Assembly (NCBI GenBank): GCA_951406725.2
Contig: OX597819.1
Location: 71,548,001 to 71,612,000 of the forward strand
From: Octopus vulgaris
Taxonomy: Eukaryota
Reading direction: 5' to 3'
Length of the DNA stretch: 64,000 nt
A model generated the notes under the pieces. That model saw only the letters and a list, made by a program, of their open reading frames with translations, was not told the origin of the DNA and made no database searches. This document shows, in pieces, positions 14,461 to 27,409 of this stretch (positions are counted from its first letter, which is position 1; each line of letters opens with the position of its first letter). The translations under genes and the position numbers were made by a program.

Positions 14461-15832
14461 AAATACCCGATTCTCTGTTTCAAAACTGAAATATTACAAA
14501 TTCAATAGAATCGTAGCTCTCATCATATTGTCTGTTACCCTTACGATATACGTGTCATTACTAATCATAAATAACACCCATAGTAAAATGTCCAACATGC
14601 TGTTACCCGACGTCTCTGGGTGAGACTAGGAACAGCTCTTTTAAAACAAAACGACACTAGCGTAAATAGTAATAACAATAATAATGTTTACAAATTATAT
14701 ACCAAGGCCAGCAAATTCTGTTCTGCTGGTACTTATTTCAACGACTCTGAACGGAAGAAAAGCAATGTCGAGCTCGGAGAATCGTTGAACATACAGAAAA
14801 TATGTAAACGCATTGGATTATGCATCCTCCTGATACAGGAGCGTTTTAGGCATTTTCCGCCTGTGTCAGCATCTGGTTTCCCGACTCATCTTGTTTTCTA
14901 GTAAATATACCTGTATGTTATGGTCAATGAAGATGCATGGTCTTAGGCAAGATATTTCATTTCACTTTGTTCCAGTTTACTCAGGTGAAAATCAATACCA
15001 ACTGACTGCTGGTACAGCTACATGTCAGGCCGTCGATGTTACTCTGGGTTACGGCTGGAAGTGACGAGACGGTGGTGTCTATATATGCACGCGACTACAC
15101 AGGCACTTAAAACAACTGGTGAAAGCATCGTTTATCACAGATTCATTCATAACTGATTTGGGATAACATGACACGCTTAACTGTGAACAATGTTTACGCA
15201 TATCACGGATTCATCTGTGATAACAGTCGAAGAGTTTTGCTTCTACCAGAAAGATGTACCCTAACCACCATTCGCAATGCTCAGTTATCCAGAATGAATT
15301 GACTGCAGCTTGTGTTTAAATCACAGTGCTGTGTAAGTTGCATGTTTTTGTACGGCTTCAAGTATTCGTATTCATTAATACGGGACCAAGATGAAGAAAA
15401 CAATACGAAGGCGCCTGATTCTAACAAACGAAACAGACGATTGTATTCTCTTCGGGGAAAAAAAGATAAAGAAGATCAAGAAAACGTGTTGTGGAAGGAT
15501 TCCGACTACCCCGAGTGACTAAAGGCAGGCTGACTCATTGCTTTAAAATAAAGAACTATGAGCGATTGCCAGTTCGGATTGGTAAGCAGTTCACTGTGAG
15601 CCGTTGATTGAGAGCGTTGAGTAATAGTGATCATATTGCGTCGTGTAAATACTTTCTTTCACCCCTGATTCTTTAAATTATTTATTCTACACCAGGACAT
15701 AAAAATATGTGACGGTGGAAGCTTCGTTGGTGTATGCCACAAGCTTGCTGTCAATGAATCTACCATGCGTTTTATTTTTCCTTTTCTTTTTTTTACCCTC
15801 TTTCTTTTTAAACCCAAACCCATGTGATAAAG

Positions 15833-16016
15833 TAGTACTCCGCAACCTTTGTTCACTTGCGGCACGCTTATATTCTTTCAAAATTTGGCGGCACACCTGA
15901 AGCACAAATACAACTAAAGGTATAGGGAAAAAATTATATTTCGGTCACACTGCGGCTCACCTAGCCTGATCGCATGACACACCAGTGTGGCGTAGCATAC
16001 CGGATGCGGAGCACTG
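15833..16016. mobile_element. hAT-type MITE
   Basis: TAGTACTCCGCAACC ... GGATGCGGAGCACTG imperfect TIRs; 8-bp TSD TGATAAAG / TGATAACG. Confidence 0.7.
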
Positions 16017-16140
16017 TGATAACGAGGATAGATGAACCTGACTACGAGTGACAGCTAAGAACATCGATGTTATGGTCATTAAAATGCTTTAATTTAACGA
16101 AAAAAGAAAAAAACCAAGAATACTAAGCAGCGCAATATAT

Positions 16141-16536
16141 TTACTCTTTTACTTGTTTCAGTCATTTGACTGTGGCCATGCTGGAGCACCGTCTTTAGTC
16201 GACCAAATCGACCCCAGGACGTATTCTTTGTAAGTCTAGTACTTATTCTATCGGTCTGTTTTGCTGAACCGCTAAGTTACGGGGTAGTAAACACACCAAC
16301 ATCGGTTGTCAAGCGATGTTGGGGGGACAAACACATACACACACACATATATGCATATACATATATACGAAGGGCTTCTTTCAGTTTCCGCCTACCAAAT
16401 TCACTCACAAGGCTTTGGTCGGCCCGAGGCTATAGTAGAAGACACTTGCCCTATGTGCCACGCAGTGGGATTGAACCCAGAACCATGTGGTTGGTAAGCA
16501 AGCTACTTACCTTACCACACAGCCACTCCTGCGCCT
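16141..16536 (-). mobile_element. full-length SINE family B
   Basis: head GGCGCAGGAGTGGCTGTGTGG, B-box-like GGTTCAATCC, internal microsatellite, tail GGTGCTCCAGCATGGCC...TGACTGAAACAAGTAAAAGAGT. Confidence 0.9.
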
Positions 16537-17062
16537 ATGTTAATTTTCTTTAAGCCCTCTTTGTTTCAAGGAACTCCATAAGTTTACGAGAATTCCACTT
16601 AGGAAGAAGATAGATTCCTGATTATCGTTGCTGTTCTCTCTTTACTTACGCTCTTGTCGTTCGTGTTACTTGTCAGCTATTAATGTAGTGATGGTGATGT
16701 TGACATTGCTGTTATATTTGGCGGTGGCCGTGTTCGATTTGGTGGTGGGGGCGTACAATTTATGTTGTTGCTGTGGATACAATTTTTGCAGCTGTTTGTT
16801 AACACATCGTTATTGCCGCCACTGTTAGTATCACTCTTGTCGTTGCTACCTCTGACTGCAGCAGTGGTTCTGGAGATGTAAATCTCATATTCCTCATATT
16901 TCTCTCAATTCAGTTACTACCATAATGCAACGGTTTGCTATGTGGCTACATATACACCCAGTTCCTTTCTTCGCTGCCTCTACTAATTCCATGTACGTTT
17001 GTTTTCTTTATTTTTTTTTGAGTGTGGATTGGCAAGTGATTGTATCATCACACAAATTAAAA

Positions 17063-17063
<1 letters not shown>

Positions 17064-17140
<77 letters not shown>

Positions 17141-17180
17141 TAATAATAATAATAATGATAATAATAATAATAATAACAAC

Positions 17181-17251
<71 letters not shown>

Positions 17252-17270
17252 TAGCAACAACAACAATAAT
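17064..17270. repeat. (TAA)n microsatellite; others at 20430-20467, 30503-30683, 45726-45927, 54592-54758
   Basis: direct reading. Confidence 0.95.
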
Positions 17271-18369
17271 GGCTTTATCTACTTCGAGTTCAACCCTTAA
17301 AAAATAATAATAGCAATGATGCTTAAAAATGCTGTTAGCTTTTGCCACAGATAAGTATGGCTTATTTGGAATAAAATTTTCATGTAGCATAGAAGTGACA
17401 GAGCACGCAGAGTTGTTGAATACTGAAGGAGTTTTAGCATTTCGAGGAAAATATCTGAGATTCATAATAAAAATGGTAAAAATCCAAAAATGAACAAAGA
17501 AGGAATATGACGAAGTCACGAGAGCTTTATATACAGTTCAATTATTCTTGGAACAAAAATGTTTTTTATTTCTATTAAATCTACGCACTACAGAGAAAGA
17601 ATAATACAAATGGTAAGTTGGAAATGGCATGGCGTTTTCTATTTAATATACGGAGAGATATCGTTAAACAACCACTTGATGGAAGGAGAACTGTTATTTC
17701 TGAAATTTTCCCCAAGAAATTCGGGAAAAAACTGCAAATAAGAATCTTGGTAACACAATGCGTATAACATTTCTAAAATATACAAGGACCTTAATAAACC
17801 GAGTAGGGTTTATAATTGTATCAACGAGTACTTCCGTGCACGACAAAACTCACAGAGGAAAAAAATACAAGGAAAGGTATTGTACGTCTAACATGGTGCT
17901 AATCCAATAAAGAGAGATAGCTTACATAATGTTATAGAATATATAAGAACAAAAAGAGCTAAAGAAGTGAATATAGAATGAGTGAAGAAGAGAACACGGA
18001 TGCCACTATTTAATAATAATAATCAATATAAATGTTGGTTGATTCTCTTATCACGTTTTAGATGATATAACGAGAGCGGAGGAGAGAGAGTAAAAGAGAG
18101 ATTCAGAGAGAGTTAATTTAAGAAGTGCAGAATGAGTGCACATATTAGGCTTGGCGGCAGGCAATGAATAAAAAATACTACATACACAATGACTGAGAAT
18201 GACCTATTAAGAGAGGGAGATGAGGAGAGGGAGTAAGCAACAAAGTCATTATGGAAGGACTTAAAATCGAGATTATTACTTTATTTTACGGTAATAAATA
18301 CTTTACTTTTGAAAATTAGACATTTTTTTAGCCTATTTTCAAATGAAATTTACTCCTAAAATTGATATT

Positions 18370-20168
18370 GGATCTTGCTAACCTGCTCTTGAGATTTTTT
18401 ATTCATTTCCTTTAGTATTCGAAATGCACTGCTATTGCTTCAATTCGTTTCAAAACTAGTGATGACTTGACTAAATAACTATGTCGTTATAGATAATCAA
18501 ATATATTCAATGAGAATACAGTGTACTGAATTTCGAATAAGTGCTCTTGGTAGGGAAATGTCTAAAACCTTAAAGGTATTTAGACATTTAATGAGAGCGA
18601 TTATATATTATAATAGAAGAGCAAGAAATTTGCATTTTATCTCTGACGAGTGGATGTATTATTTAATAATGATTATCAGTTTTAGATTCCATTTCGAAGG
18701 GTAACGCATTCATGAAACGATCGTAAGATATTTTAAACTTTTTAAATAATCATACTTTATATATTTATATATCTATCTATTATTACAATATTATTTTGAA
18801 CGTATATCTTCTGTGATGATTATTTTGATGTAATTTTTCCTGCTCTTACTTTACAATAACTGTGTTGTTATCATGCTGTTATTTGGAACATGACATGAAT
18901 TTTCAATGAAAGGTTAAAATTTAAATCACTTTATAACAGGGGCGGTCTGGAGCAGGTTGGTTGCAGAAGGGTTCAACTCGCCACTGAAGGGATATGCCTC
19001 TCAACTAATCAACCCGTTCGTTATCATATTTCTGGTGAAATATATTATTCCTCTTTCGGTTAACTTTTGAAAATAATGAAGTGTTTATTAAAATATATTT
19101 GTCGTTAATAAACTAGCGTTTGAAACATAACATGCAATCTTGATGAAATCTTCTGAGATCGCTTTAAGATAAAGTTTGTACATTAGAACTAAAGAGAAGT
19201 TTGAAGTGGTTTGGTATCAAAAGGTTTTGGGTCTTGTCATACCATATTTCTGTTTCAATTAATTTTGAAAATAGTTATTCTGTTTATTCAGTTATCGGAT
19301 TCAGCCAGAGGCATTGGCCATGATGAGGCACCGATGAGTCGCTGTGTGGTTAGTAGCTTGCTTACCAACCACATGGTTCTTGGTTCAGTCCCACTGTGTG
19401 GCACCTTGGGCAAGTGTCTACTGCTATAGTCTTGGGTCGACCAAAGCCTTGTGGGTGGATTTGGTAGACGGAAACTGAAAGGAGCCCGTCGTATGTATAT
19501 ATATATATATATATATTTGTGTGTGTATGTGTGTTTGTGTGTCTGTGTTTGTTCCCCCCCACTATCACTTGACAACCGATGCTGGTGTGATTACGTCCCC
19601 CCGTAACTTAGTGGTTCTGCAAAAGAGACCGATATAATAATTACCGGGCTTATAAAGAATAAGTCCTGGAATCGATTTGCTCGACTAAAGGCGGTGCTCC
19701 AGCATGAAAAGTAAAAGAATAAAAGAATTATTAATCTGATGTTTGCAGTATAAATTAACATGGATCGCTGGAGGATTTGAATTTAAATAACTTTTGCTCT
19801 GTTGAAAAACAGTGCCTTTGTTTCAATTACTTTCTGAAAATGATAAAAGAATTTAGTAAAATAAGTTTGTTGTTATTAAGCTAATGCTTGGAGTATAAAA
19901 TAACATGAAATTTTGAAGGAAGATTTTAATTTAGATTTCTTTAACTCTTGAGAGCTTGTTTCTGTTGAAAGACTGCCTTTCTTTTTATTACTTTGAAGAT
20001 AACAAAAGCAAAATTAGTAAAATAACTTTGTCGTAAATAAGCTGGTGTTTGGAATATATATCAAAATGGAATTCCGATGGAAAGCTTGTATTTAGGTTAC
20101 TTTAAAGCAGGAAGTTTGAATCATAGAACCAAAGGTGATATCAGATACATTGTTATCAATAAGGTTAA
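18370..20168 (+). mobile_element. cluster of degenerate AT-rich repeat units, possibly piggyBac-like MITE remnants
   Basis: TTTGAAAATAATGAAG..TTAGTAAAATAACTTTGTC..TAAGCTGGTGTTTGGAA recurs 4-5 times; ends resembling AGGGTTAA (18967, 20160). Confidence 0.45.
19326..19725 (+). mobile_element. full-length SINE family B
   Basis: head, internal TA/TG microsatellite and tail all present. Confidence 0.88.
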
Positions 20169-20380
20169 CTCTAATCCAAATTTCTATTCTTAATAGTGTT
20201 GTTCTTCTGGGGAATCTGACCCGCTTCATGAACAAATTATCGGGCATGGTAGAATACAGATTTCAAAAGAATGATACCAAAATATACCTGAAAAATCTTG
20301 CTGAGGAACTTGACGGTTGCACATTGACAGGAGTTTTGAAACATGTGAAAAAACCATTGTTGTAACAACTATTCGTGTAT

Positions 20381-20469
<89 letters not shown>

Positions 20470-20711
20470 TCAATAGATTACAAAACAGAAAGTCTATTAC
20501 AACACACTTTAGGGGAGGAACCGCAAGGAACGTGTCCCCGGAGATGTATTCATATCGATAGATAAAAAAAAAACTGTGATCACATGAGAAAAATATGTGT
20601 AAAGTTTCCACCACATCATCTTTATGCGTTGTTCAACATATAGACACACACACATACACACACACACACACACGCATACACACATATGAATACACACGTA
20701 CATACGTATAC

Positions 20712-20808
<97 letters not shown>

Positions 20809-21016
20809 AGAGAACACAAGACGAATACATTTACGGAAGTATATAGAAAAATAGGTAAATGTAATTGGTTGTGTTTGTGCTGTGGGAATAAAGCCAATCT
20901 TATAGATTAGCTTTATAACAACAGCGACGGAATATAATAAACCTCCACCAAAATGGATTGACGGCGACAATAACAGCAATAGAGGAAGGTTAATACGAAT
21001 AACAACGAAAATAACG

Positions 21017-21028
21017 GTAGTAGTAGTG

Positions 21029-21094
<66 letters not shown>

Positions 21095-21095
21095 T

Positions 21096-21148
<53 letters not shown>

Positions 21149-21220
21149 ACAGTAGTTGTAGCAGCATCTGTAGCAGCAGCAGTAGTAGTAGCAGCAGTAG
21201 TAGATGTAGCAGTAGCAGCA
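21017..21220. repeat. (GTA)n/(GCA)n compound trinucleotide repeat
   Basis: direct reading. Confidence 0.92.
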
Positions 21221-21746
21221 TTAGGAGCAATGATAATAATAATCCTTTCTACTAAAGGCACAAGGGCAGATATTTAGGGAGGGTGGGGAGGGACTAGTCG
21301 ATCATATCATCCCCAGTACGCAACTGGTACTTAATTTATCGACCCCCGAAAAAGATGAAAGGCAAAGTTGTCCTCGGCGAAATTTGAACGGAGAACCAAG
21401 CATCAAAGCTTATAATGTATGGAAAGAGATACTATGAGACCTCGGACAACAGGCTGCTCTCCGCTCTCGCAGATTCAACCTGAGGAAAGAAGACCGAACG
21501 CTCTGAGAAAACAATAGTACTACTAATAATAATAAAGGCTACAAATTTTGGCACCAGGCCAGCAATTTCAGGGAGGTGTATGTCAATTACATGGAGCCCA
21601 GTGTTTGACTGGTAGTTATTTTATCGGCCCCGAAAGGCTGAATGACATGGACACCATTAGTAAGCAGCCGAGCAGTCATGAGAATGAGCAAAAAAAACAA
21701 AAGAGCTACAATAAATAAAAACAATCACGGTAGGAACATACATACA

Positions 21747-21780
<34 letters not shown>

Positions 21781-22114
21781 CACATACATACATACGTACA
21801 TACATGCATACATGCAAACATACACACATACATACATACATGCACATACATACATACATACATGCATGCATACATACATGCAGCCATATGCACATACATA
21901 CACCCATACATACATACACATACATACATACATGCATGCATACATACATGCAAACATACGTACATGCATACACACATACATACATACACATACATGCATA
22001 CATACATACACATACATGCATATATACATACATACATACATGCATACATACAAACATACACACATACATGCATGCATACATACAAGCATATATACATACA
22101 CACATACATACATA

Positions 22115-22778
22115 TTAGGTTGTCAACAAAGTTCTTGCGGAATTTTAAATTTTGGTTTTAAATGATGTATTTTCAAATTAATTTTCGTTAAATTACCTCG
22201 ACTTTTTTATATCATTTTAAAGCCAGTTCTTTTGCTCAATCTAATCGATTTACACGTTTTCTTTTTGAATAATTAGGCCATTTTTTCCGGAACGTTTAAT
22301 ACAACATGGATAAAAAGCAAATTCGCACAATTTTCTTATTCCAGTTCAAGCTAGCCCGAAAAGCTGCTGAAACAGCTCGCGATATCAACGAGGCGTTTGG
22401 CTCAGGAACCACTAATGAACGTACAGCACAATGGTGGTTCAAGAAATTTCGTAGTGGTGATGAGAGTCTTAAAGATGATAAGCATAGTGGTCGGCATCGG
22501 ATGTTGGCAACGATCAAATAAGAGCCTTAGTCGAAGCCAATCCACGCACAACTGTTCGGGAGCTTGCTTCTGAATTAGACGTAACGTACATGACAATTTC
22601 CAAACACTTGAAAGAGATTGGAAAAACTTGAGAAATTGGTGCCGCACGAATTGAACAACCAAAGAGAAAAATGCCGTTTTGAAGTGTCGACTTCCCTTCT
22701 TTTACGCAACAAGAACGACCCCTTTCTCGACTGGATTGTGACTTGCGATGAAAAGTGGATTCTTTACGACAACTGGAG
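22115..22778 (+). mobile_element. 3'-truncated mariner (Hsmar1/cecropia-like) transposon, frameshifted transposase
   Basis: TA|TTAGGTTG left TIR; MDKKQIRTIFLFQFKL...WFKKFRSGDESL; VPHEL and IVTCDEKWILYDN motifs; embedded in (TACA)n. Confidence 0.92.
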
Positions 22779-23829
22779 GTATACATACACACATATACAC
22801 ATACGTATGTATGTGTATATGTGTGTATGCATGCATACATACATAAATATATACAAACATACATACACACATACATACATACATACATACATACATACAT
22901 GAATGCCTACATACATATATGCATACATATATACATACATACAAGCATACATATATACATACATACATGCATACATACATACATACATACATACACACAT
23001 ACATACAAACATACATACATATATACATGCATGCAATCATACATAGACACATACAAACATACATGCATAAATACATACAAGCATACATACATATACACAT
23101 ACATACATACAATCATACATACATATATATTCATGCATACAAACATACATACATAAATACATACATACTTGTATGTTTGAACATAGTTTCTGACAATGTA
23201 ACAATATACATTGATATATTGTAGTCATACATTGGTATTAGACGCCATGTACGGAACATTCTTACTCTATTGTTAACATGTTATCCAAGATGAAAGGAAG
23301 AGAAGCGAGGTCACACAAAGCGCATGTTATACAAGTGGACATAAGTATACACCACGCACAGGCACACGCAAACACTTACATACACACACATATATATTTA
23401 CAGATAACTACATCTGTGATTTGATACTAGTGTTACCTTAGGATCCGTTGTAGTTTATCATCTAAATACATTTTGGATTTCTATCGCAGAGCTCTAAACA
23501 ACCATTTTGGTGAAACGTGCGTAGGGACCTTAACAGGAACTTTGACATATACTTGCGTCTATCCTTATTTTCCCTACATTTGGTCTGCAGCCCCTAACTG
23601 GTAACAATATTCAGTATAGAAGTTAATTAGAAATTATACAGAAAGCAGACTGGATTATGATAATTTACGTGACGCTCGAAGCATAATAATAGAAATTGTA
23701 TATATATACTTGTACACATGATTATACGTTACACACACACACACACACTCATAGACACAGACACGCACGCACATACACACACATACGCGTATATATATGT
23801 ATTTGTTATTCATTATATATATATTTCAT

Positions 23830-23887
23830 TTTTTTTCATTTTATCTAGTTTCAGCTCACGAGCTGTGGCCATGCTGGGGCACCGCCA
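23830..23887 (-). mobile_element. 3' tail of a CR1-group LINE
   Basis: GGCGGTGCCCCAGCATGGCCACAGCTCGTGAGCTGAAACTAGAT plus A-rich tail; homologous to the tail following LINE coding sequence at 63170-63470 and to 33498-33542. Confidence 0.75.
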
Positions 23888-23906
23888 TTCAAAAATTAAC
23901 GATATT

Positions 23907-23960
23907 TGTCAGAAGTGGGATTCGAACCCACGCCCACGTTTGTGGACCAGAGTACTCAAT
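23907..23960 (-). pseudogene. tRNA-Leu 3'-half fragment with probable intron remnant
   Basis: TCTGGTCCACAAACGTGGGCGTGGGTTCGAATCCCACTTCTGACA: long variable arm, T arm and acceptor strand typical of tRNA-Leu(CAA); no 5' half; TTTTT shortly downstream. Confidence 0.75.
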
Positions 23961-24015
23961 GTTCTGGTTAACGTACCTGGTGCTTTAGGGGCTGAATGAC
24001 CATTGATGCTCTGGC

Positions 24016-24180
24016 CCACACAGCCAGAGCATCAATGGTCGCCCTTTACCCTCTCTTCGATGACGGCCTCATTTCCATGTTTGATGACATTCCTTGGCCC
24101 CCTCGGTCCCATGATTTGTCCATGTGTGATCGTTTCTTGTGTGGAAAGTAAAAACATACGTAGGATGTTACAGTTGCAGC
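24016..24180 (+). pseudogene. Tc1/mariner (rosa/DD41D-like) transposase relic
   Basis: HTARASMVALYPLFDDGLISMFDDIPWPPRSHDLSMCDRFLCG resembles WPPRSPDLxxCDFFLWG. Confidence 0.7.
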
Positions 24181-24299
24181 TCTATTATCCAAGGAAAGTA
24201 GTGTGTAGAATCAGTAGAAACGCTTCTTGTCCATGGTGTGTAGATTCTGACAGGAGTTCATATTTTGTAACTACAAACGGATTTCGTTATTACAAGTGG

Positions 24300-24648
24300 A
24301 TATTGTGAAACCTTAACGGAATTTATTTACCATGAACAAGAAGCATTTCTCCCCCTTCTACACAGCACTTTCCTTGGATAATAAAATTGCAACTGTAAAA
24401 TCCTACATATATTTTTATTTTTACTTTTATTCTCTTATTTCCCTTTATACTTCTTATTTCTATCCTTTTTCCAAAATAGCTCATTTTATTGAACCCTACT
24501 ATTTCCCTCTAGTTAACTCTCTCATATCGTCTTTCATGAAGGGATATCTCTAATATCTCAGAAACAGCTGTAAGACTAGTTTTCTCTTTATAAATGTCCT
24601 ATAAATTCCACACAGCCTTAGTTTGTTGTCTCATTTTATTTAACATAT
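24300..24648 (+). mobile_element. probable old Penelope 3' fragment with degenerate hammerhead motif (24529-24576)
   Basis: GTCT-TTCATGA-A-GGGATAT..ATATCTC-A-GAAAC-AGCT-GTA-AGAC, after a pyrimidine-rich stretch. Confidence 0.45.
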
Positions 24649-24843
24649 ACATGCTCACACAAGGCACGTATTAGACTCCGCAATTGTCTAACAGCTGTCC
24701 TCCCATAGCACTTACATAGCCTTACCGGCCATCTTGGGTTTTTTCGATACCTCTTATATGTATATATATATATTCGTGCATGTGTGTGTATATATAGATG
24801 TATATATAGTATGTATATACATACATATACACAGGTGTGTTTA

Positions 24844-24882
<39 letters not shown>

Positions 24883-25604
24883 TATTGGTTGTTATTCATC
24901 ATCAAGTATGGATATGAAAAGGACATTTCTTTCTAAATATAAGGAAGCTTATGTCACGACGGTTCATTCTTTCACCGAATTCTAGACCAAATATAATGCC
25001 ATAGACATAACCGCAGATATTTTCGAATATAATTTTGGCAGCCCCAATGTTGTTGTGGATCTTGATCAAGGTTTTTTTCTTTTCTTTTTTACCATTTTTC
25101 ATTCTTCTTATTTCTTCCACTTCCATTCTGCAACATTTAATTCCCCTTTTATAGTGTTCTGCCATTGTTTGCTGTCAATCGCTTTCTATTCTCATGCACT
25201 CGCTTGGATCCATAATTCATACGCTACAGATGTGCTGGACATCTGAGATAATAAAACTCCACAAGAACTTCTTGAAATATCAAGGGAGCAAGGTTGTATA
25301 AAGGTTGTCGCAAAGAACAAGACCTTCCACTCGTAGTTTCTTTCTCTTTTTCCTTTTTTTCTCTTCGTAAGAAAAATGTATTTTGCCATGGCAGAGATGT
25401 CCGAATAAAGCAAGCTCTGAAACTCTATTCAGGATCAGAAATACATACATACATACATACATACATACATACATACATACATACATACATACATACATAC
25501 ATACATACATACATACACACACATACACGCACATATACACACATTCGTACATATATGCATACATTCATACATAAATACATACTTACACACACACGCGTAC
25601 ATAC

Positions 25605-25822
25605 TTCTGAAGCATTGAGGAATCTACATCTACGCTATCCAGTTCAGATTTATACCTGTAATTATTGGAGTCCTTGGATATGTAAACAACTGCCTAAATA
25701 CCAATCTTGAGAAATTAGACTTCTCAAAACCAGTAAGGAGAAAGATGATTCAAAGATTGCAGATCCAGTCCATCACTGGAACTGTAAAAATCTGTAAAAC
25801 TTTCCAGAAGTTTATCATTTAA
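25605..25822 (+). pseudogene. RLE-type (R4/Dong-like) non-LTR retrotransposon C-terminal relic
   Basis: FRFIPVIIGVLGYVNNCLNTNLEKLDFSKPVRRKMIQRLQIQSITGTVKICKTFQKFII*. Confidence 0.65.
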
Positions 25823-26038
25823 ATATATATATATGTGCATGTCTAGATATGGAGCTATATGCATGAGAATACATACATAAAGCAAAACATACAAATCTGG
25901 ACATATACATATATACATACATATGTACAGACGCACATATATACATAGATTCATAGATACGAGTTTGAGTCGGAAAGTAAAGCAATTCTTATTTACATTA
26001 CTTTTCATTCAACTTTGTACATACATAGATCCATATAT

Positions 26039-26122
<84 letters not shown>

Positions 26123-27098
26123 GCTATATACATATATATTGAAGCATACATGCATTACCCTCCCACACACACACACACCATATAGCTATATACGAATGTA
26201 CATACATAAATGCATGGCCATTCAGGCATACATACACAATAGCTTCCGGTTAATTGAGAGAGAGAGAGAAATAGACTGCAATAATAATAGTTAAATAGCT
26301 CTAAAATAAATGAGAAAGAACTAATGAAGGATATTAATTCGACAGTAATGAATTAGACAACAATTTCCACAAATAAAATAACAAAATTTACGGAACACTA
26401 TTTCAATAAGACATTTTTATTTTGTAAAACTGGCAACTCTGTTATCTATAACACCCAACGACAGTATGGCCATTATTGTTGTAGTTGTTAATTTAAGGTG
26501 AAGGAGATGAAGGAGAGTCTGAACGTAAGAGATCTATGACAAAAAAGGTTGTAGCATCCCTAACTATCATTACCATTGTCATCATCAGTTCTTGAACATT
26601 GTCGTCCCGTGTCGTGGGACTCATAAGGACAGCTACCCGGTTTCCATGGCGCAAAGCGACCGGGATGACGACACCCCCTCATGAAAGAACCACCGGTCCA
26701 TTCGCAGGATTACACACTCACAGCTGAGTGGACAGAAGCAAAGTGAAAAGAAGTATTTGTATTAAGCACACAACGCATCGCTTCGTCCAGGAATCGAAAT
26801 CACGACGCTACGATCAAGAGCACAACATCCTAACTACTAGGCCACGTGTCTTATTTCTTATGGGGCATTTAGGATTTCATGTTATGCGTCCTTCATTTTT
26901 TTTAAGACGATAAGGTATGACATAGGATATTTACCTGGTACTTCTAAACAGTCGATAGACCATTTACAGACTATCTCATTGACTTAATAATGATGTTGTT
27001 AAGAATACTAGAGAAGAAATTTATTAAGTGTAACGTGACGTATTTTCATTATTATTGACTGGAACTGAACAAAAACAAAGCAATTAGCTAAAATATAA

Positions 27099-27155
<57 letters not shown>

Positions 27156-27409
27156 GGACTGACTTCATTAGGTTCTTCCAGACATTAATTTGGTAACACA
27201 ACAATGAAATTTCTGACCATTCTGGTCAGTTGCACCCTCAAGTCAGCTGTATCATAATTAACGAATTCTTTGTTTTCTGATATCGCTAAGAATTTGTTAG
27301 GATGTGTCAATATTTATTTATTTATTGTCATTGAAACATTGATAATTATTTTACACGATGCTATAATGTACGGTATCATATGATAATAAATTTATATAAT
27401 ATTATCGTA

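Noticed and set aside
15487-15660. Solo LTR (TGTTGTGG start, AATAAA)
   Set aside because: No matching CA end, TSD or second copy identified.
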